Below, piece by piece: positions 32,258 through 43,700 of a DNA stretch of 46,994 nt. The DNA is from Legionellaceae bacterium (GTDB taxonomy: Bacteria; Pseudomonadota; Gammaproteobacteria; CBCSKA01), in assembly GCA_965140885.1 (NCBI GenBank), contig CBCSKA010000003.1:1-46994 (forward strand), written 5' to 3'. Positions within the stretch are counted from its first letter, which is position 1; each line of letters begins with the position of its first letter. The position numbers and the translations under genes are program-made. The notes under the pieces are model-generated. The model was not told the origin of the DNA. It did no database searches and saw nothing but the letters and a program-made list of their open reading frames with translations.

Positions 32258-32626
32258 TTATATCGGTTTACTCTGAAAATGACAGGAGGTTTGTGAATTT
32301 TTTTCACAAATATAACAAGGTTTATTCATAGGGCAGGGTGAAATACGTTTCCAGTCATTTCCGGTTATGCCTGTCACCATAAATTTACTACGTAAAAACC
32401 CTAGCATGTATTGGGAAGGATTCCTATAATAGCAATAAATATTTTGTGTTCCTTCATAATAAGCAACCATAGCTAATTCCCCTGATGGATGCCCTTCAGG
32501 TACCCAATCTTTATTATCAAAAACAGGTATATCAGGGCAAGCAGTAGGTGCCGCGTAAGCAGATAAAGAAAAAAAATTGAAAAAGAAGAGAAATAATGCA
32601 AATAAATGAATGGAAATTGTTTTCAT
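32258..32626 (-). CDS. Small secreted Cys-rich hypothetical protein
   Basis: Signal peptide ending AYA|A; six Cys in the mature part. Confidence 0.75.
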   Translation of the reverse strand: MKTISIHLFALFLFFFNFFSLSAYAAPTACPDIPVFDNKDWVPEGHPSGELAMVAYYEGTQNIYCYYRNPSQYMLGFLRSKFMVTGITGNDWKRISPCPMNKPCYICEKNSQTSCHFQSKPI

Positions 32627-32724
32627 AACTATTTTCCTTTGTTAATTAAGTCTATAAACTTAATGTATCCATAATGAGTCATTGACTCAGCTATTAACTA
32701 TCACTATTCATTATTATTTATATT

Positions 32725-33447
32725 ATGCTTAATAATATCGCTATTATACTTATAGATACAAGTCATCCCGGAAATATTGGTGCTGCTGCTAGAGCAATGA
32801 AAAATATGGGAATTCATGATTTACGTTTAGTTAACCCTGTAACCCTGCAGTGGGAGGAAGCTATTGCGCGATCTGCTGGTGCAGAAGATATTTTAAATCA
32901 GGCTAAAATTTATGAGGAAATGAATTTAGCGATTGCTGATTGTTCACTCGTGATAGGCACGAGTGCTAGAAGTCGATCATTTCATTGGCCTTTACTATCC
33001 ATCCATGAAGATGCAGAAAAAATTTTACATCAAGCGAAAACAACAAAAGTCGCTATTGTTTTTGGCCGAGAAAGTTCTGGTTTAACTAATGAAGAATTAC
33101 AACGATGCCAATATCATTTAACAATTCCCGTCACAGAAATTTATTCATCGCTTAATTTAGCGGCAGCTGTACAAATTATTTGTTATGAACTTTATAAAAC
33201 GAATATCACGCTAACTCCTGATTCAGAATCATTACCTATAAAAGCAATAGCGTCACATAATGAATTAGAAAAATTGTATCAACATTTAGAAAAAAGCTGT
33301 ATTGAGGTTAAATTTTTAAATCCTCATAAACCAGGTTTATTAATGGCCCGTTTTAGAAAATTATTTAATCGATGTGAATTAACTAAAGTAGAATTAAATA
33401 TATTGAGAGGTTTTTTATCCGCTATTTTAAAGAGAAAATCTCTATGA
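32725..33447 (+). CDS. trmJ: tRNA (C32/U32-2'-O)-methyltransferase
   Basis: SHPGNIGAAARAMKNMG, FGRESSGLTNEE, SLNLA.AV. Confidence 0.93.
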   Translation: MLNNIAIILIDTSHPGNIGAAARAMKNMGIHDLRLVNPVTLQWEEAIARSAGAEDILNQAKIYEEMNLAIADCSLVIGTSARSRSFHWPLLSIHEDAEKILHQAKTTKVAIVFGRESSGLTNEELQRCQYHLTIPVTEIYSSLNLAAAVQIICYELYKTNITLTPDSESLPIKAIASHNELEKLYQHLEKSCIEVKFLNPHKPGLLMARFRKLFNRCELTKVELNILRGFLSAILKRKSL

Positions 33448-34001
33448 ATTATTTAGTAAATAAAAAAATTATGGCTATTTTACCTTTTATCTTATTTATT
33501 TTATTAATGGTTTATCTATGGAAAAGTTTATCATTAAATCCCCAAGAATTGCCTTCGGCATTACTAAATAAATCAGTACCTACTTTTACGGCTTATTCAT
33601 TAATAAAGCCACAGCAAATCATTACACAAAAAATATTTCTTGGAGAAATCACGTTATTACATGTTTGGGCTTCATGGTGTAACGTTTGTGAAAGTGAAAA
33701 ACCTTTTTTAAATGAATTAATTAAGCAATATCCTATTAAATTAATCGGTTTAAATTATAAAGATACTCATCAACAAGCATTAACAAAGGTGAAGCAAGAA
33801 AATCCTTATGAAGAAATTATTGAAGATTTAACAGGAAAAATAGGAATGGATTTAGGTGTTTACGGTACGCCAGAAACCTTTCTTATTGATAATACAGGTA
33901 TCATTCGGTATCGATATGCAGGTAAATTAACGATTCAAATTTGGCAAAAACAATTTTTACCTTTAATTGAAGCATTAAATCTAAACCCAAAAATGAAATA
34001 G
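33444..34001 (+). CDS. ccmG: Thiol:disulfide interchange protein DsbE/CcmG
   Basis: WASWCNVC, GLNYKD, GVYGTPETF. Confidence 0.92.
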   Translation: MNYLVNKKIMAILPFILFILLMVYLWKSLSLNPQELPSALLNKSVPTFTAYSLIKPQQIITQKIFLGEITLLHVWASWCNVCESEKPFLNELIKQYPIKLIGLNYKDTHQQALTKVKQENPYEEIIEDLTGKIGMDLGVYGTPETFLIDNTGIIRYRYAGKLTIQIWQKQFLPLIEALNLNPKMK

Positions 34002-34088
34002 CTGCATCCCTTACTAAAATTTTTTAAAATCAGTGTACAATGTGAATATAAATAGGGCGAATTACTTCTGTGAGGTTTTATAATTAAC

Positions 34089-34508
34089 ATGCTTCGGATA
34101 TTTTTAATTTTTTGCTTATGTTTTTGGATACTATTAACGGATGCCGTGTCTACTACAAATACCCTTACATTCAGCCATCCTCAGCAAGCAGAGCGATATC
34201 AAGCATTAATACTTGAGCTTCGTTGTCTTGTTTGTCAAAACCAAACCATTGCAGATTCAAATGCACCCTTAGCTAAGGATTTACGCCAAGAAGTGGCAAC
34301 ATTAATTCAACGGAATTATAGTGATGAAGCAATTAAACAGTATTTAATTCAACGGTATGGGCAATTTATTTTATATAAACCTCTTTTAACAAAAGAAACT
34401 GAATTATTATGGTTTGGCCCCTTTTTATTATTAGCCATTGCTTTTACGGTATTAATATTGATTATTCGCCAACGTAGAAGATATTTCTTAACCAGGGAGA
34501 AATTGTGA
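34089..34508 (+). CDS. ccmH: Cytochrome c biogenesis protein CcmH
   Basis: LRCLVCQNQ.IADSNA, RYG.F..Y.P. Confidence 0.93.
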   Translation: MLRIFLIFCLCFWILLTDAVSTTNTLTFSHPQQAERYQALILELRCLVCQNQTIADSNAPLAKDLRQEVATLIQRNYSDEAIKQYLIQRYGQFILYKPLLTKETELLWFGPFLLLAIAFTVLILIIRQRRRYFLTREKL

Positions 34509-34509
34509 A

Positions 34510-35541
34510 ATGCTTTTATTTTGGTTAGGTATTGGTTTTTTAGTCATCCTTGCATTAGGTTTTATTATTTATCCTTTCATGTCTCAATATACGCATTATT
34601 CGCGTTATGAAAAATGGTCTGTACTAGGTTTAATCTTAGCAATACCTTTTATTTCATTATTTCTTTATTATCAATGGGGTTATAGTAAAGCTTTAAAAAA
34701 ACATTATGTAGTACAAGAAGAAGCTTTGAAATTACGTCAACAAATCAAAAATCCCCAAGAAATTATTCAACGTTTAAAACAACATTTACAAGAAAAACCA
34801 CAAAGTCCAGAAGGATGGTATTTATTAGGTAAACTTTATGCAAGTTTAGGGGAATTTGAAAAAGCGTCTCAAGTATATGCTAAATTAATTCAAATTGAAG
34901 AAAATAATCCCGATTATATAATTCAATATGCGCAAACTTTATATTTTGCGAATCAATATAAAATGAATACCATTATTCAACAGTTGATAAAAAAAACCTT
35001 AACCCTTAATCCTGAAAATGCTTTAGCAATTAATTTATTAGCCATTGATGCTTATCGAAATAAATTTTATGAAAAAGCCATTCAATATTGGGAAAAAGTC
35101 ATTCATTTATATCCACCTTCTAGTGAGGATTATCAAATTATTGCTGCAGCAATGCAACGTGCACAGCAACATCTGCAAAAGAAGGATGTCCAATTGTTTA
35201 TTGATGTTGCACTTAATGAAGAATTAAAAAATAAAATAACAGGGAATGAAATCGTATTTATTTATGCACGAGAATTTAAAGGATCCGCTATGCCTTTAGC
35301 CATTACACGAATTAAGGCAGAACAATTACCTAAGCGTATTTTATTAACCAATGATATGGCAATGAGTCCTGATAAAAATTTATCTCATGCTAAAAAAGTA
35401 TTAGTCATCGCTAGAATATCAAAAACAGGACAAGCTATGCCAACGAAAGGGGATTTAACGGGAGTCAGTAAAGTAGTCACAATTACCGATAAAAAACCTA
35501 TTCATGTTACAGTTACTGTTAATGAAATATTGAATAAATAA
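34510..35541 (+). CDS. ccmI: Cytochrome c biogenesis TPR protein CcmI/CycH
   Basis: Two N-terminal TMs, TPRs (GWYLLGKLY), C-terminal MPLA...ARISK.G.A...GDL domain. Confidence 0.88.
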   Translation: MLLFWLGIGFLVILALGFIIYPFMSQYTHYSRYEKWSVLGLILAIPFISLFLYYQWGYSKALKKHYVVQEEALKLRQQIKNPQEIIQRLKQHLQEKPQSPEGWYLLGKLYASLGEFEKASQVYAKLIQIEENNPDYIIQYAQTLYFANQYKMNTIIQQLIKKTLTLNPENALAINLLAIDAYRNKFYEKAIQYWEKVIHLYPPSSEDYQIIAAAMQRAQQHLQKKDVQLFIDVALNEELKNKITGNEIVFIYAREFKGSAMPLAITRIKAEQLPKRILLTNDMAMSPDKNLSHAKKVLVIARISKTGQAMPTKGDLTGVSKVVTITDKKPIHVTVTVNEILNK

Positions 35542-35661
35542 TCACTAACTTTGAAATTATCGTTTATAATACATTAAATGTATGACTAATTAATAAAGTG
35601 ATAGTAAGCTTATCTAGGTTAAAGATATATAAAATTATCACTGCTGAGGAAAATTATATTC

Positions 35662-36363
35662 ATGGAGAATCAGGACGATATATTAGCTGTTCTTAGAAAT
35701 TGCGCTATCTTTAATGAATTAAGCGATAACCAAATTGAACGTATTGTACCCCACTTATATCAAGTTTATTATCATTCGGGTAGTTTTATTATCCAGCAAG
35801 GGGAATTAGGAACGGAATTATTTATTATTAAACAAGGTAGTGTTGAAGTTCTTAAAAAAATAAATCAAACAGGTAAATTTCATCGATTAACGTCAATTTC
35901 AAGCAGTGAAGTGTTTGGTGAATTAGCGATAATTGATAATGGTTATCGTTCAGCTTCAATACGAGCAATACAACCCACCACTTTATTAGTATTATCCGCA
36001 GCTGCATTACAGACACTGGATTCAGAAATAGTGGCAGGAATTTATAAAGGACTTGCGATAAACTTAAGTCAGCGCTTACGTTTTATTAATGATGTTACAA
36101 CGAAAAGTTTAGATAAAGAACGTAAGGAAAAACGTAATTATAATCTTATTACCATTTGTATTATGCTTGTTTTTATTTGTGGTTTAATTTATAGCTATTC
36201 CTTAGGCTCAACATCTTGTTTGTTAAGCCCATTAGGTATGTCAACTGCGATGACAAAATCAGTGAATCAGACGAATAATAATGAACCTGTACATAATCAG
36301 GAAAAGCTTAGTCAGCCACAAGAACAGACACGAATTCCCTCGATTAACCATCAATTTGAGTAA
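35662..36363 (+). CDS. Cyclic-nucleotide-binding domain protein with C-terminal TM segment
   Basis: IIQQGE, G.VEV, FGELAIID...RSASIRA; hydrophobic LITICIMLVFICGLIY. Confidence 0.85.
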   Translation: MENQDDILAVLRNCAIFNELSDNQIERIVPHLYQVYYHSGSFIIQQGELGTELFIIKQGSVEVLKKINQTGKFHRLTSISSSEVFGELAIIDNGYRSASIRAIQPTTLLVLSAAALQTLDSEIVAGIYKGLAINLSQRLRFINDVTTKSLDKERKEKRNYNLITICIMLVFICGLIYSYSLGSTSCLLSPLGMSTAMTKSVNQTNNNEPVHNQEKLSQPQEQTRIPSINHQFE

Positions 36364-36368
36364 AGATA

Positions 36369-36686
36369 TTAATGATGAGGCAAAATAAAAATAAGTGAAA
36401 GGACTAACCATATTGTCCAAATAATTGCAGATAAATAAGGAAGTGTACGTCGAGTAATTAATCCATATATTCCTGCAGGTATTCCAACTAATATCACGGG
36501 AGTAAATGTTAAGAGTAAGGTTTTCCGAAGGGTATAACCAATAACATGATGATTAAATAGAAATTTTGTTTTACTATCTAAAATTAATTCAAATTGATAC
36601 AGTTTTATTGCTAACCAATGTAAGGCAGGCATAAAAAAAACGATTAATAAACTGAATAGTAATAATAAGAAGATATTACGAAACAT
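36369..36686 (-). CDS. Hypothetical membrane protein
   Basis: 105-aa hydrophobic ORF, aagga upstream. Confidence 0.7.
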   Translation of the reverse strand: MFRNIFLLLLFSLLIVFFMPALHWLAIKLYQFELILDSKTKFLFNHHVIGYTLRKTLLLTFTPVILVGIPAGIYGLITRRTLPYLSAIIWTIWLVLSLIFILPHH

Positions 36687-36800
36687 ATTAATTCCTTTTG
36701 CTTTTCATAGCATTGTAAATTTTTAAAAGAGAATGTATTGTGTTGTTCAATAAACAAAGCTTGTATTTTCAATGCAAACGGTAAAGCTTGATCACTATCT

Positions 36801-37526
36801 ATGAATAATCGCGTCATATTACAACCCGCTTATATCTTACATAGCCGCCCCTATCGGGATACAAGTGCCATTATTGATGTATTCAGTCGAGATTATGGAT
36901 ATATTTCTGGTATTGCGCAAGGTGTACGCAGTAACCGTTCTAAAATAAAAGGTATATTACAAGCATTTAATCCCTTATTATTATCTTGGTCAGGCAAACG
37001 AGAATTAATGTATATCAATGGGGTAGAATTAAATGGCTCATATTATTCATTAACGGGTTTGAATTTAATTAGTGCCATGTATCTAAATGAACTTTTATTG
37101 CGCGTATTACATAAATTTATTCCTTATCCCCAATTATACGATTTTTATGATACTGCTTTATCACAATTGGTTTTAGCGGATAATGTTCGACCCATACTTC
37201 GCATTTTTGAAAAAAAATTACTCCAAGAATTAGGTTATGGACTTATATTAGATAGTTGTGCGAAAACAGGCAAACCCGTCGATGCACAAAAAAAATATTA
37301 TTTCCAACCTTCCTTAGGGGTATTTGAAATTAGTGCTACAACATTAATTAATAATCCTCAATATGTATTTTCTGGTACTAGTTTATTAGCTTTTATGCAA
37401 GAAGTATTTACCCAGCCAGAATATTTACGGGATGCTAAAAAAATAAATCAATTTTCATTAGCCATGATAATTGGTGATAAACCATTAAAGAGTCGAGAAT
37501 TATTAATAAGCGGAGGCCAAAAATGA
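36801..37526 (+). CDS. recO: DNA repair protein RecO
   Basis: [33 protein letters not shown]. Confidence 0.95.
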   Translation: MNNRVILQPAYILHSRPYRDTSAIIDVFSRDYGYISGIAQGVRSNRSKIKGILQAFNPLLLSWSGKRELMYINGVELNGSYYSLTGLNLISAMYLNELLLRVLHKFIPYPQLYDFYDTALSQLVLADNVRPILRIFEKKLLQELGYGLILDSCAKTGKPVDAQKKYYFQPSLGVFEISATTLINNPQYVFSGTSLLAFMQEVFTQPEYLRDAKKINQFSLAMIIGDKPLKSRELLISGGQK

Positions 37527-38260
37527 AAAAACGCCAGATTCGTTTAGGGGTTAATATAGATCACATTGCCACTCTTCGCCAAGCAAGAGGAACACTTTAC
37601 CCTGATCCTATTTATGCAGCTTTAATTGCGGAAGAAAGTGGGGCAGATACTATTACTATACATTTACGTGAAGATAAACGTCATATACAGCCTCGAGATG
37701 TGGAAGTATTACGGAATATCTTAACGGCTAAATTGAATTTAGAAATGGCTATTACGCCTGAAATGATTGCTTTTGCATTAAAAGTAAAACCCGATTATTG
37801 TTGTTTAGTTCCTGAAAAACGACAAGAATTAACAACAGAAGGAGGATTAGATATCCTCCATCAAATGGATAATGTTCGTGAAGCTTGTGATAAATTAACA
37901 TCGGCAGGTATTCAAGTTTCCTTATTTATTGATGCCTCTTATTCACAAATAGAAGCAGCCAAAATGTGTAATGCACCTATTATTGAAATTCATACAGGAC
38001 ATTATGCCAATGCAACAAAGGAAGCGATTCAACAAAAAGAATTACAAAAAATTCAAGCAGCAGCAAAATTTGCTCATCAATTAGGATTAGAAATTAATGC
38101 CGGTCATGGTTTACATTATCACAATGTTCAAGCTATAGCGGCTATTCCTACAATGGTTGAATTAAATATAGGCCATGCCATTATTGCTAGAGCTGTATTT
38201 ACCGGTATGAAAGAAGCCGTTAAAGAAATGAAACATCTTATGACCTTGGCAATTAATTAA
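37523..38260 (+). CDS. pdxJ: Pyridoxine 5'-phosphate synthase
   Basis: [36 protein letters not shown]. Confidence 0.97.
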   Translation: MKKRQIRLGVNIDHIATLRQARGTLYPDPIYAALIAEESGADTITIHLREDKRHIQPRDVEVLRNILTAKLNLEMAITPEMIAFALKVKPDYCCLVPEKRQELTTEGGLDILHQMDNVREACDKLTSAGIQVSLFIDASYSQIEAAKMCNAPIIEIHTGHYANATKEAIQQKELQKIQAAAKFAHQLGLEINAGHGLHYHNVQAIAAIPTMVELNIGHAIIARAVFTGMKEAVKEMKHLMTLAIN

Positions 38261-38281
38261 TTTCACTATCCGTATTTTACC

Positions 38282-39424
38282 TTATTTATTCAACTTACAA
38301 AGTTCTTCTAATAAATGGAAATAAATGGTTTCTAATTGGAATAAATGTTCAATCGCGATACATTCATTCACTTGATGTATCGTGGCATTACAAAGCCCCA
38401 GTTCAATAACTTCACTTCCTGTCGGTGCAATAAATCGACCATCAGAAGTTCCACCACTCGTTGATAAGTGGGGAATATACCCACAGGTTTTTTCAATAGC
38501 ATTAATACTGGCTTTTAATAGTTTACCGGAATGAGTTAAAAAAGGTTGACCTGAATGTATCCATTCTATGTCAAAGTCTAAATTATAGTTGGAAAAGACG
38601 TAATTAACTTGTTGTTTTAAAATGTCTGCATTCGTTTCAGTTGAATAACGAAAATTAAATACAGCAGTTAAATTACCAGGAATGACATTGCTTGCAATAC
38701 CACCCGATTGAATTTGTGAAAATTGTAAACGAGTTGGTGGGAAAAATTCATTTCCATTGTCCCATTTTTTATCACAGAGTTCAGCAATAGCACGACTTGC
38801 GATATGTATAGGATTTATGGCTAATTCAGGATATGCAATATGTCCTTGTTTACCCTGAATAGTGACTTTTCCTGTTAATGAACCCCGACGGCCATTTTTA
38901 ATGACATCACCTATTTTTTCAGAACTAGAAGGTTCACCCACTAATGCCCATTGAATTTTTTCTTGGCGTTTTTCTAAAACTTCCATAACTTTAGCCACAC
39001 CATCAATCCCTGGACCTTCTTCATCGCTGGTAATTAAAAATCCCAGTGATAGAGGTTGATGAGGGTATTGGGCTAAAAATTTCTTATAAGCTATCAGCAT
39101 GGCTGCAATACTCGCTTTCATGTCAGCAGCGCCACGCCCATAGAGATATCCATTAGAAAGGGTGGGTTGAAAAGGCGGGAAATTCCATTCATTTTCTGGA
39201 CCTGTAGGAACAACATCCGTATGTCCTACAAAGGTAAATAAAGGGCCATTATTAGCGTATTTAGCCCATAGATTATCGACATTACCAAAACGCAACAATT
39301 CAATGCTAAAGCCTAATTCTTTTAAAAAATGAGCAATAATTTCCTGACAACCGGCATCATCGGGTGTTATAGAAGGTTTAGCGATTAATGCTTGAGCAAG
39401 TTCTAAACTAGTCATTGACATCAT
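38282..39424 (-). CDS. dapE: Succinyl-diaminopimelate desuccinylase
   Basis: GHTDVVP, GRGAADMK, TSDEE, GEPS, GGTSDGRF. The sequence reads tta at 38282-38284 and cat at 39422-39424, so it is on the minus strand (the track says +). Confidence 0.96.
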   Translation of the reverse strand: MMSMTSLELAQALIAKPSITPDDAGCQEIIAHFLKELGFSIELLRFGNVDNLWAKYANNGPLFTFVGHTDVVPTGPENEWNFPPFQPTLSNGYLYGRGAADMKASIAAMLIAYKKFLAQYPHQPLSLGFLITSDEEGPGIDGVAKVMEVLEKRQEKIQWALVGEPSSSEKIGDVIKNGRRGSLTGKVTIQGKQGHIAYPELAINPIHIASRAIAELCDKKWDNGNEFFPPTRLQFSQIQSGGIASNVIPGNLTAVFNFRYSTETNADILKQQVNYVFSNYNLDFDIEWIHSGQPFLTHSGKLLKASINAIEKTCGYIPHLSTSGGTSDGRFIAPTGSEVIELGLCNATIHQVNECIAIEHLFQLETIYFHLLEELCKLNK

Positions 39425-39721
39425 GTGGAATCCTATAGAAGAGTAATCAATACATGAAAAAGAAGGATGATTTATTTTTTTGAATTACATTATATTCATT
39501 ACAATTTTTTAAGAATTAGAAGAATAAAGTTAAAATTTAATTTTAATCTCTGATTTAGTCAATCCTTAAATTTGAAAAGCTTGCTTATCTCATCATTCTA
39601 GCTTATAGTCGAAAACCCTTATTTTTTTAACGTTTTTGAATATCCTAATGATTATAAAAAAAATCTGATTCAATGAAATGTTATTTAGCTATTTCTATTA
39701 TATCCAAATAGGTTATGTCAT

Positions 39722-40750
39722 ATGTCTTTACGTTTATTACATGTTATTCTTTTTATTGTCACATTATCATTCAGTTATAAAAATATTGCGTATGCTCAAG
39801 ATACGAAAATGCCGCCAACTGTTGTTGAAACAGCAAAAGTAAAATCCCAAGATTGGCAAGAAAAAATAACGGCAACAGGAACATTATCAGCAAAGCAGGG
39901 AGCTATTCTACGTTCAGAAATTGTTGGCCGTATTACTCAAATTTATTTTCAGCCTGGACAAGAAGTTAAGCAGGGAGCTCTTTTAATAGATATTAATCCA
40001 GGGATACTTGAAGGGGATTATCAATCAAAAGAAGCGCAATTAAAATTAAATCGTATTAATTATCAACGCGCTAGAGATTTATATAGTAAACAATTGTATC
40101 CAAAAGCGGAATTAGATAAACAATATGCGGCTTTAAAAATGGCGGAAGCTGATTTAATGGGTTCATTAGCAAAATTAACGCAAGCAAAAATACGGGCTCC
40201 TTTTCCCGGAAAAGTAGGATTAAATAAAGTTAACATTGGTGATTATGTGAGTGTAGGACAAGATTTAGTCAGTATTCAATTAATTAATCCTATGCGTATA
40301 GATTTTGATATACCTGAAACTTATGTTTCACAATTAGCATTGGGGCAAAAAGTGAGTCTTAAAATAGCCAATAAACTTAATGAAACATTCGAAGGAAAGG
40401 TTACGGGTATCGACACAGTGATTCAACCTAAAACCCGCAGTATAAGTGTGAGAGCTGAAATGATGAATAATACCCAATCACTATTACCTGGGGCTTTTGC
40501 CGAAGTTATTTTATATTTAGGTTCAAAACATTCCATGCTAACAGTACCGCAACAAGCTATTTTCTATGATCAAGGTAAACCTTTTTTATTTAAAATTGGA
40601 CAAGATAAAGCGATTAAAACTGAAGTTAAATTAGGCCACCGTATTGATAATGATATTCTCATTGAAAATGGTATTTCAGATAATGATGAAATTATTACCG
40701 CAGGGCAATTTAAATTAATGGATCAAGCCCCTGTTATAGTAAAAAAGTAA
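39722..40750 (+). CDS. RND efflux periplasmic adaptor subunit
   Basis: GRITQI.F..GQ.V..G, IRAPFPG, LLPG.F; directly upstream of the RND permease. Confidence 0.92.
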   Translation: MSLRLLHVILFIVTLSFSYKNIAYAQDTKMPPTVVETAKVKSQDWQEKITATGTLSAKQGAILRSEIVGRITQIYFQPGQEVKQGALLIDINPGILEGDYQSKEAQLKLNRINYQRARDLYSKQLYPKAELDKQYAALKMAEADLMGSLAKLTQAKIRAPFPGKVGLNKVNIGDYVSVGQDLVSIQLINPMRIDFDIPETYVSQLALGQKVSLKIANKLNETFEGKVTGIDTVIQPKTRSISVRAEMMNNTQSLLPGAFAEVILYLGSKHSMLTVPQQAIFYDQGKPFLFKIGQDKAIKTEVKLGHRIDNDILIENGISDNDEIITAGQFKLMDQAPVIVKK

Positions 40751-40762
40751 GAGGAATAGTGG

Positions 40763-43700
40763 ATGAAATTAACTGATATCTTTATTCGTCGACCTGTTTT
40801 TTCAACGGTAATTAGTTTAGCTATACTTTTAATTGGTTTTCGAGCTTACGTTGATTTACCCGTTAGACAATATCCCAGTATAGAAGCTTCTATTGTTTCT
40901 GTAGGTACGTATTATGGTGGTGCAAGTGCAAAATTAATGGAAGGTTTTGTGACAACTCCATTAGAGCGTGCACTTTCAAAAGTCGATGGTATCGACTTTA
41001 TGGAATCGACGAATACCCAAGGGCAAAGTAATATTTCACTCCATTTTCATTTAGGATACGATATTAATAAAGCATTGACAGATGTGAGTAATGCCGTTGC
41101 TTCAGCTCGTTCCGAATTACCTAAAGAAATTGATTCACCGATTGTTTCAAAAGAAGATACAAATGCTAATCCGACCATGTTTCTTTCATTTTCAACGAAA
41201 ACCTTAAGTGAACAACAAGTCAGTGATTATTTATTACGTGTTGTGCAACCACAAGTAGCCACTTTGCCTGGAGTTGGGGGTGCCGATATTTATTCTGAAC
41301 GCCAATATGCGATGCGTATTTGGTTAAATCCCGATAAAATGGCTGCCCATCATGTGACAGCAGATGAAGTCGCCACGGCTTTAAATACCAATAATGTTCA
41401 GACAGCAGCAGGTCGTTTAGAAGGGAAATGGCAAGAATTTGATGTCATGGCAGCCACGGATCTCAATACACCTGAACAATTTAATAATATTGTTATAAAA
41501 CAAGACAATGGTTATTTAATTCGATTAAAAGATGTAGGCAAAGCAGTATTAGGTGTTTTAAGTGAGCGTTCATCTGCGTATATTAATGGTATACGTACTG
41601 TGGTATTAGCGATCACCCCTCAACCTACCGCTAATCCTTTAGAGGTTTCTAAAGCCGTTAATAAAATATTACCGAGCATAAAAGAACGTTTACCTACAGG
41701 TATTGAAGCAACACTCATTTGGGATTCCTCGAAATTCATTGATCAATCAATTAAGGAAGTTCGACATACTATTATTGAAGCAGCCCTGTGCGTTATTTTA
41801 GTCATTTTCTTATTCCTGGGTTCTTTTAGAGCAGTATTAATTCCTGTTATTACTATTCCATTATCATTAATTGGGGTTTGTGCGTTAATGTTAATGTTAG
41901 GATATACTATTAATATTTTAACGCTCTTAGCGTGGGTATTAGCAATAGGTTTAGTGGTTGATGACGCCATTGTTGTCTTAGAAAATATCCATCGTCATAT
42001 TGAAGAAGGCATGAAGCCTTACGATGCAGCCATAAAAGGAGCGAGAGAAATTGGTTTTGCTGTTATTGCCATGACATTAACATTAGCTGCTGTTTATGCG
42101 CCTATTGGTTTTATGAATGGCGTTACGGGTAGTTTATTTCGCGAATTTGCCTTTACTTTAGCCAGTGCTGTTATTATTTCAGGAATTATTGCATTAACCT
42201 TATCCCCCATGATGTGTTCAAAAGTATTACGTCCTGAAGTAACACGAAAAGGGTTTGTTGCTAAGATTGATGAGGCTTTTAATCGTTTAATGAAAGCGTA
42301 TCAACAATTTTTAATCAAAGTCTTAAATAAAAAAAAATGGATTATTCTTTTAGCCAGTATTATTTATATTGCCTGTTATGGATTATATAAATTATTACCT
42401 TCCGAATTAGCCCCTATGGAAGATCAAGGGGGTATTATGACTTTTTCTACAGGACCAACGTCCGCAAATCTTGCTTTTACTGAAAAGTATACCAAAATGC
42501 TAGAAGAAGTTTATAAAAAAGTCCCCGATTCTATAGGTTATATTGTGATAAATGGATTTCCGCAAGGGGTTAATTCATCACTTTCCTTTTTAGTATTAAA
42601 ACCTTGGGCAGAAAGAAAACGTACCGCGAATGAAATTTTACAAAGTTTATATATGCCTATTCTTTCTATACCGGGAATACGCGCATTTCCTATGAATTTA
42701 CCACCTTTGCCAGGCAGTAATGCAGGAAATTCTATAGAGTTTGTGATTAAATCAATGGCAAGTTATGATGAATTAAATGCCAGTATTCAAAAGTTATTTG
42801 TAAAAGCCCAACAAAATCCCAAATTATTAAATCTCGATACTGATTTAAAATTAGATAAATTACAAATAAATATTGATGTCGATCGTGATAAAGCCAGTGA
42901 TATGGGTATTAGTGCAAATGTCATTAGTAATACTTTAAATATTTTATTAGGCGAACCTATTATTACTCGTTTTGTTATGGAAGGACGAAGTTATGCCGTT
43001 ATTCCACAATTAGAAAGTAACTTTCGTGAAAATGCTTCAGAATTAAATAAAGTATATGTCAAAACAGCTTCTGGTGATTTAGTGCCATTTTCTAACATAA
43101 TACAAATTAAAGAAATTTTGGGGCCAAAAAGTTTAAACCATTTCCAACAATTACGCGCAGCAGAAATTTCAGCAACACCAGCACCAGGATACACATTAGG
43201 TGAAGGATTGAATTATTTAAAATCTATTGCGAAAGATTTACCAAAGGGAATGGAAATTGATTATAAAGGTCAATCACGACAATTTATTGAATCAGGCAAT
43301 GAAATGTTACAAACATTTTCATTTGCTTTAGTATTTATTTTCTTAGTATTAGCGGCTCAATTTGAAAGTTTTCGAAATCCACTTATTGTTATGATTAGTG
43401 TACCGCTTTCCTTATTCGGTGCATTACTTACCATGAAAATTATGGGTTGTTCTATGAATATTTATACCCAAATTGGTTTAGTGACATTAATAGGACTTAT
43501 CACTAAGCATGGTATTTTAATTGTTGAATTTGCTGAACAATTACATAAAAAAGGAAAAAATCCCATAGATTCTGTTATTGAAGCTGCGGGTATGCGTTTA
43601 CGTCCTATCATTATGACAACCGCTGCAATGGTTTTGGGTTCTTTACCCTTAGCTTTAGCGAGTGGGGCAGGCTCTGAAGCAAGACGCCAAATCGGTTGGG

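Noticed and set aside
38282-39424. dapE on the + strand as listed in the ORF track
   Set aside because: The start and stop codons and the translation exist only on the reverse complement.
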